Shown here in pieces: positions 36,378 through 38,177 of a DNA stretch of 38,177 nt. Within the stretch, counting starts at the first letter, position 1, and each line of letters begins with the position of its first letter. The translations under genes were made by a program, and so were the position numbers. The stretch is from NCBI GenBank assembly GCA_964618805.1, contig CAZUBM010000003.1:88749-126925 (forward strand). Reading direction: 5' to 3'. The DNA is from an uncultured Nitrososphaerota archaeon (GTDB lineage Archaea > Korarchaeota > Korarchaeia > Korarchaeales > Korarchaeaceae). The notes beneath the pieces were generated by a model. That model saw only the letters and a list, made by a program, of their open reading frames with translations, made no database searches and was not told the DNA's origin.

Positions 36378-37649
36378 ATGTCCGCTCAAAAAGAACATGT
36401 AAATGTGGTCTTCATCGGACATGTGGATCACGGTAAGTCGACGATCATAGGCAGGATGTTCTATGACCTCGGATTGATAAAGCAGTTACCATCGGAGGAG
36501 GAAGCTTCTGATGCTGTATTTGCATGGGTCGTAGACAGGCTAAAGGAAGAGAGGGAAAGAGGTCTTACTATAGACCTATTTCATACAAAGATAGAGACTC
36601 CAAGAAAGATGATCACTATAATTGATGCGCCTGGTCACAGAGACTTCGTAAAGAACATGATCACTGGAGCCAGCCAAGCAGATGGTGCGGTCCTAGTCGT
36701 TTCTGCCAAGAGAGGCGAAGGAGTCCAGGCTCAAACGATCGAGCACGTGTTCTTAGCAAAAACCCTTGGTGTGAGACAAATTTTAGTTGCTATAAATAAG
36801 ATGGATGAAGCGACAGTCAACTACAGTAAAGAAAGGTTTGAGGAAGTAAAGGATCAAGTTGCAGAACTCCTAGCTAAAGTGGGATATGATCCATCAAAGG
36901 CGCCATTCGTTCCAGTGAGCGGTCTGGTCGGTGATAATGTAGCCAAGAGAAGCGATAAAATGCCTTGGTACACTGGTCCTACACTATATGAGCTCTTTGA
37001 TACGTTTGAGGCTCCACCGAAGCCGGTCGACAAGCCTCTTAGGCTTCCCATTCAAGATGTTTACACGATAACCGGAGTAGGTGTAGTTGCAGTTGGAAGG
37101 GTGGAGACTGGAGTGCTTAAACCTGATTCAAAGGTGGTAATAGAACCAATAAGCAAGCTTGTGGAAGCTAAGACAATAGAAATGCATCATCAAAGGTTAG
37201 AAAGAGCAGAGCCAGGGGATAACATAGGAGTTAACTTGAAGGGCATTACTAAGAAGGAATTGAAGAGAGGAGACGTTATAGGCGATCCTAAGAATCCTCC
37301 AGCAGTAGCTGAAGAGTTTACAGCCCAGATCGTTGTTTTGCAGCATCCTACAGCTATAGCTCCAGGGTACACGCCAGTTATTCATGCTCACACAGGACAT
37401 GTCGCTGCTAGACTTGAAGAGATAGTTAAGAAAATAGATCCAAGCTCCGGACAGACCATTGAAGAGCATCCAAGCTTTATAAAGAAAGGAGATGCAGCCA
37501 TAGTACGTTTCAGACCTCTAAAGCCCTTCGTTATCGAGAAGTACAGCGAATTCCCACCGCTGGGCAGGTTCGCTATAAGGGACATGGGAATAACCGTCGG
37601 AGCAGGCATAGTTCTGGATGTTAAACCGGTGGTAAGAGAGAAGAAGTAA
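36378..37649 (+). CDS. tuf: Translation elongation factor EF-1alpha
   Basis: GHVDHGKST, ERERGLTID, DAPGHRDFVKNMITGASQAD, NKMD, LGRFAIRDMG. ATG at 36378 follows AGGTG. Confidence 0.98.
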   Translation: MSAQKEHVNVVFIGHVDHGKSTIIGRMFYDLGLIKQLPSEEEASDAVFAWVVDRLKEERERGLTIDLFHTKIETPRKMITIIDAPGHRDFVKNMITGASQADGAVLVVSAKRGEGVQAQTIEHVFLAKTLGVRQILVAINKMDEATVNYSKERFEEVKDQVAELLAKVGYDPSKAPFVPVSGLVGDNVAKRSDKMPWYTGPTLYELFDTFEAPPKPVDKPLRLPIQDVYTITGVGVVAVGRVETGVLKPDSKVVIEPISKLVEAKTIEMHHQRLERAEPGDNIGVNLKGITKKELKRGDVIGDPKNPPAVAEEFTAQIVVLQHPTAIAPGYTPVIHAHTGHVAARLEEIVKKIDPSSGQTIEEHPSFIKKGDAAIVRFRPLKPFVIEKYSEFPPLGRFAIRDMGITVGAGIVLDVKPVVREKK

Positions 37650-37676
37650 CCTTCCCTTCCTTACCTTTGTTTTTTA
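37650..37676 (+). terminator. Pyrimidine/T-rich tract after tuf, possible terminator
   Basis: ccttcccttccttacctttgtttttt immediately after the stop codon. Confidence 0.4.
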
Positions 37677-37711
37677 GCAGGCAACTCTAATGGATCTTCG
37701 GAGGGATTCTG

Positions 37712-38026
37712 ATGGTAGAGAAACTGAGGATAGAATTAGTGAGTACTAACGTTGAAAGCTTACAAAAAGTTAGTAGAGAGTTTAAAGAGGCCGGTGAAAA
37801 GATGGGAGTTAGGATTAAAGGTCCTATTCCTCTACCAACTAAAAGGTTAAGGATTACCACGTTGAGAAACCCTTCTGGTGAGGGCACAAATAAGTTTGAC
37901 AGGTATGAGTTAAGGATCCATAAGAGGATAATAGATGTCTTAAACCCAGATGAGAGGTTCATTAGGAAGATAATGGGAATAACGATACCGGATGATGTAA
38001 AAGTTAGCATAGTCATGATGGCATGA
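37712..38026 (+). CDS. rps10: 30S ribosomal protein S10
   Basis: GPIPLPTKRLRITT.RNPSGEG...YELRIHKRIID, downstream of tuf. Confidence 0.97.
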   Translation: MVEKLRIELVSTNVESLQKVSREFKEAGEKMGVRIKGPIPLPTKRLRITTLRNPSGEGTNKFDRYELRIHKRIIDVLNPDERFIRKIMGITIPDDVKVSIVMMA

Positions 38027-38124
38027 TTTGAGGAAAACCTCTTCTTTTTCGCTTCTTCAGAAACCTTCCAAACAAAGTTAAGGGGAGATTGACCTTATTT
38101 AATCATCATGGAGAAGGAGAGAGG

Positions 38125-38177
38125 CGCCGGGGGTGGGATTTGAACCCACGCGGCCCGAATGGGCCACCGGCTCTCAA
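38125..38177 (-). tRNA. tRNA-Ser(UGA), 3' part (5' end outside window)
   Basis: Reverse complement reads T-TGA-GA-GCCGG, long variable arm GGCCC-ATTC-GGGCC, T-arm GTGGG-TTCAAAT-CCCAC, acceptor strand CCCCGGC and discriminator G. CCA is not encoded (CCT follows). Confidence 0.88.

Noticed and set aside
37693-37711. C(UUCG)G tetraloop hairpin over the rps10 ribosome-binding site
   Set aside because: Only two base pairs close the loop, so it is unlikely to be stable in a thermophile.
112-38016. The many antisense and alternate-frame ORFs of 60-150 aa in the ORF track (e.g. 1901-2350, 4743-5141, 24660-25034, 31798-32127, 37687-38016)
   Set aside because: They overlap confidently identified genes, are Ser/Leu/Phe/Ile-rich as expected for the reverse complement of purine-rich coding strands, and show no recognisable motifs.
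38125-38177. tRNA-Leu(GAG) or tRNA-Sec reading
   Set aside because: The loop register T-TGA-GA before the GCCGG stem and the G discriminator fit Ser(UGA). Leu would have an A discriminator and Sec a TCA anticodon.
1-38177. CRISPR arrays, IS elements, integrases, rRNA genes
   Set aside because: No regularly spaced repeats, transposase or integrase ORFs, or long non-coding GC-rich segments were seen. Nearly all sequence is accounted for by housekeeping genes.

Overview
Core-genome window of a thermophilic archaeon, packed with information-processing genes. The combination of PolD, Elf1, S30e, unsplit RpoA and unsplit RpoB points to the TACK group, and Korarchaeia is my best guess (inference). 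In order it contains: (i) a minus-strand replication/translation superoperon (DP2, OB-fold protein, PCNA, PriL, PriS, Gins15, L44e, S27e, aIF2-alpha, Nop10); (ii) elf1 and an orphan 2-oxoacid:ferredoxin oxidoreductase gamma subunit; (iii) the RNA polymerase/str operon (rpo5, rpo2, rpo1, L30e, nusA, S12, S7) plus an Sm protein; (iv) a membrane protein and a DUF460 protein; (v) an RNA-modification cluster (S30e, nop5, fibrillarin, rnhB, trm1, mini TFE-beta-like ORF, gar1, S8e); (vi) a thermosome followed by two membrane genes; (vii) a nucleoside phosphorylase, pgk, gap, EF-1alpha, S10 and a partial tRNA-Ser(UGA). No mobile element or CRISPR array was seen. Two small genes missing from the ORF track were recovered (Nop10, S30e). 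The most unusual signals all concern transcription. RNA polymerase has strongly diverged bridge-helix, trigger-loop and RpoB active-site motifs. rpoB has no canonical start codon for its conserved N-terminus and lies in frame behind the rpoH amber stop. The operon has a structured leader with a K-loop-like motif. A 61-aa protein looks like the isolated Fe-S domain of TFE-beta/RPC34. All calls are motif recognition by eye; no searches were run.
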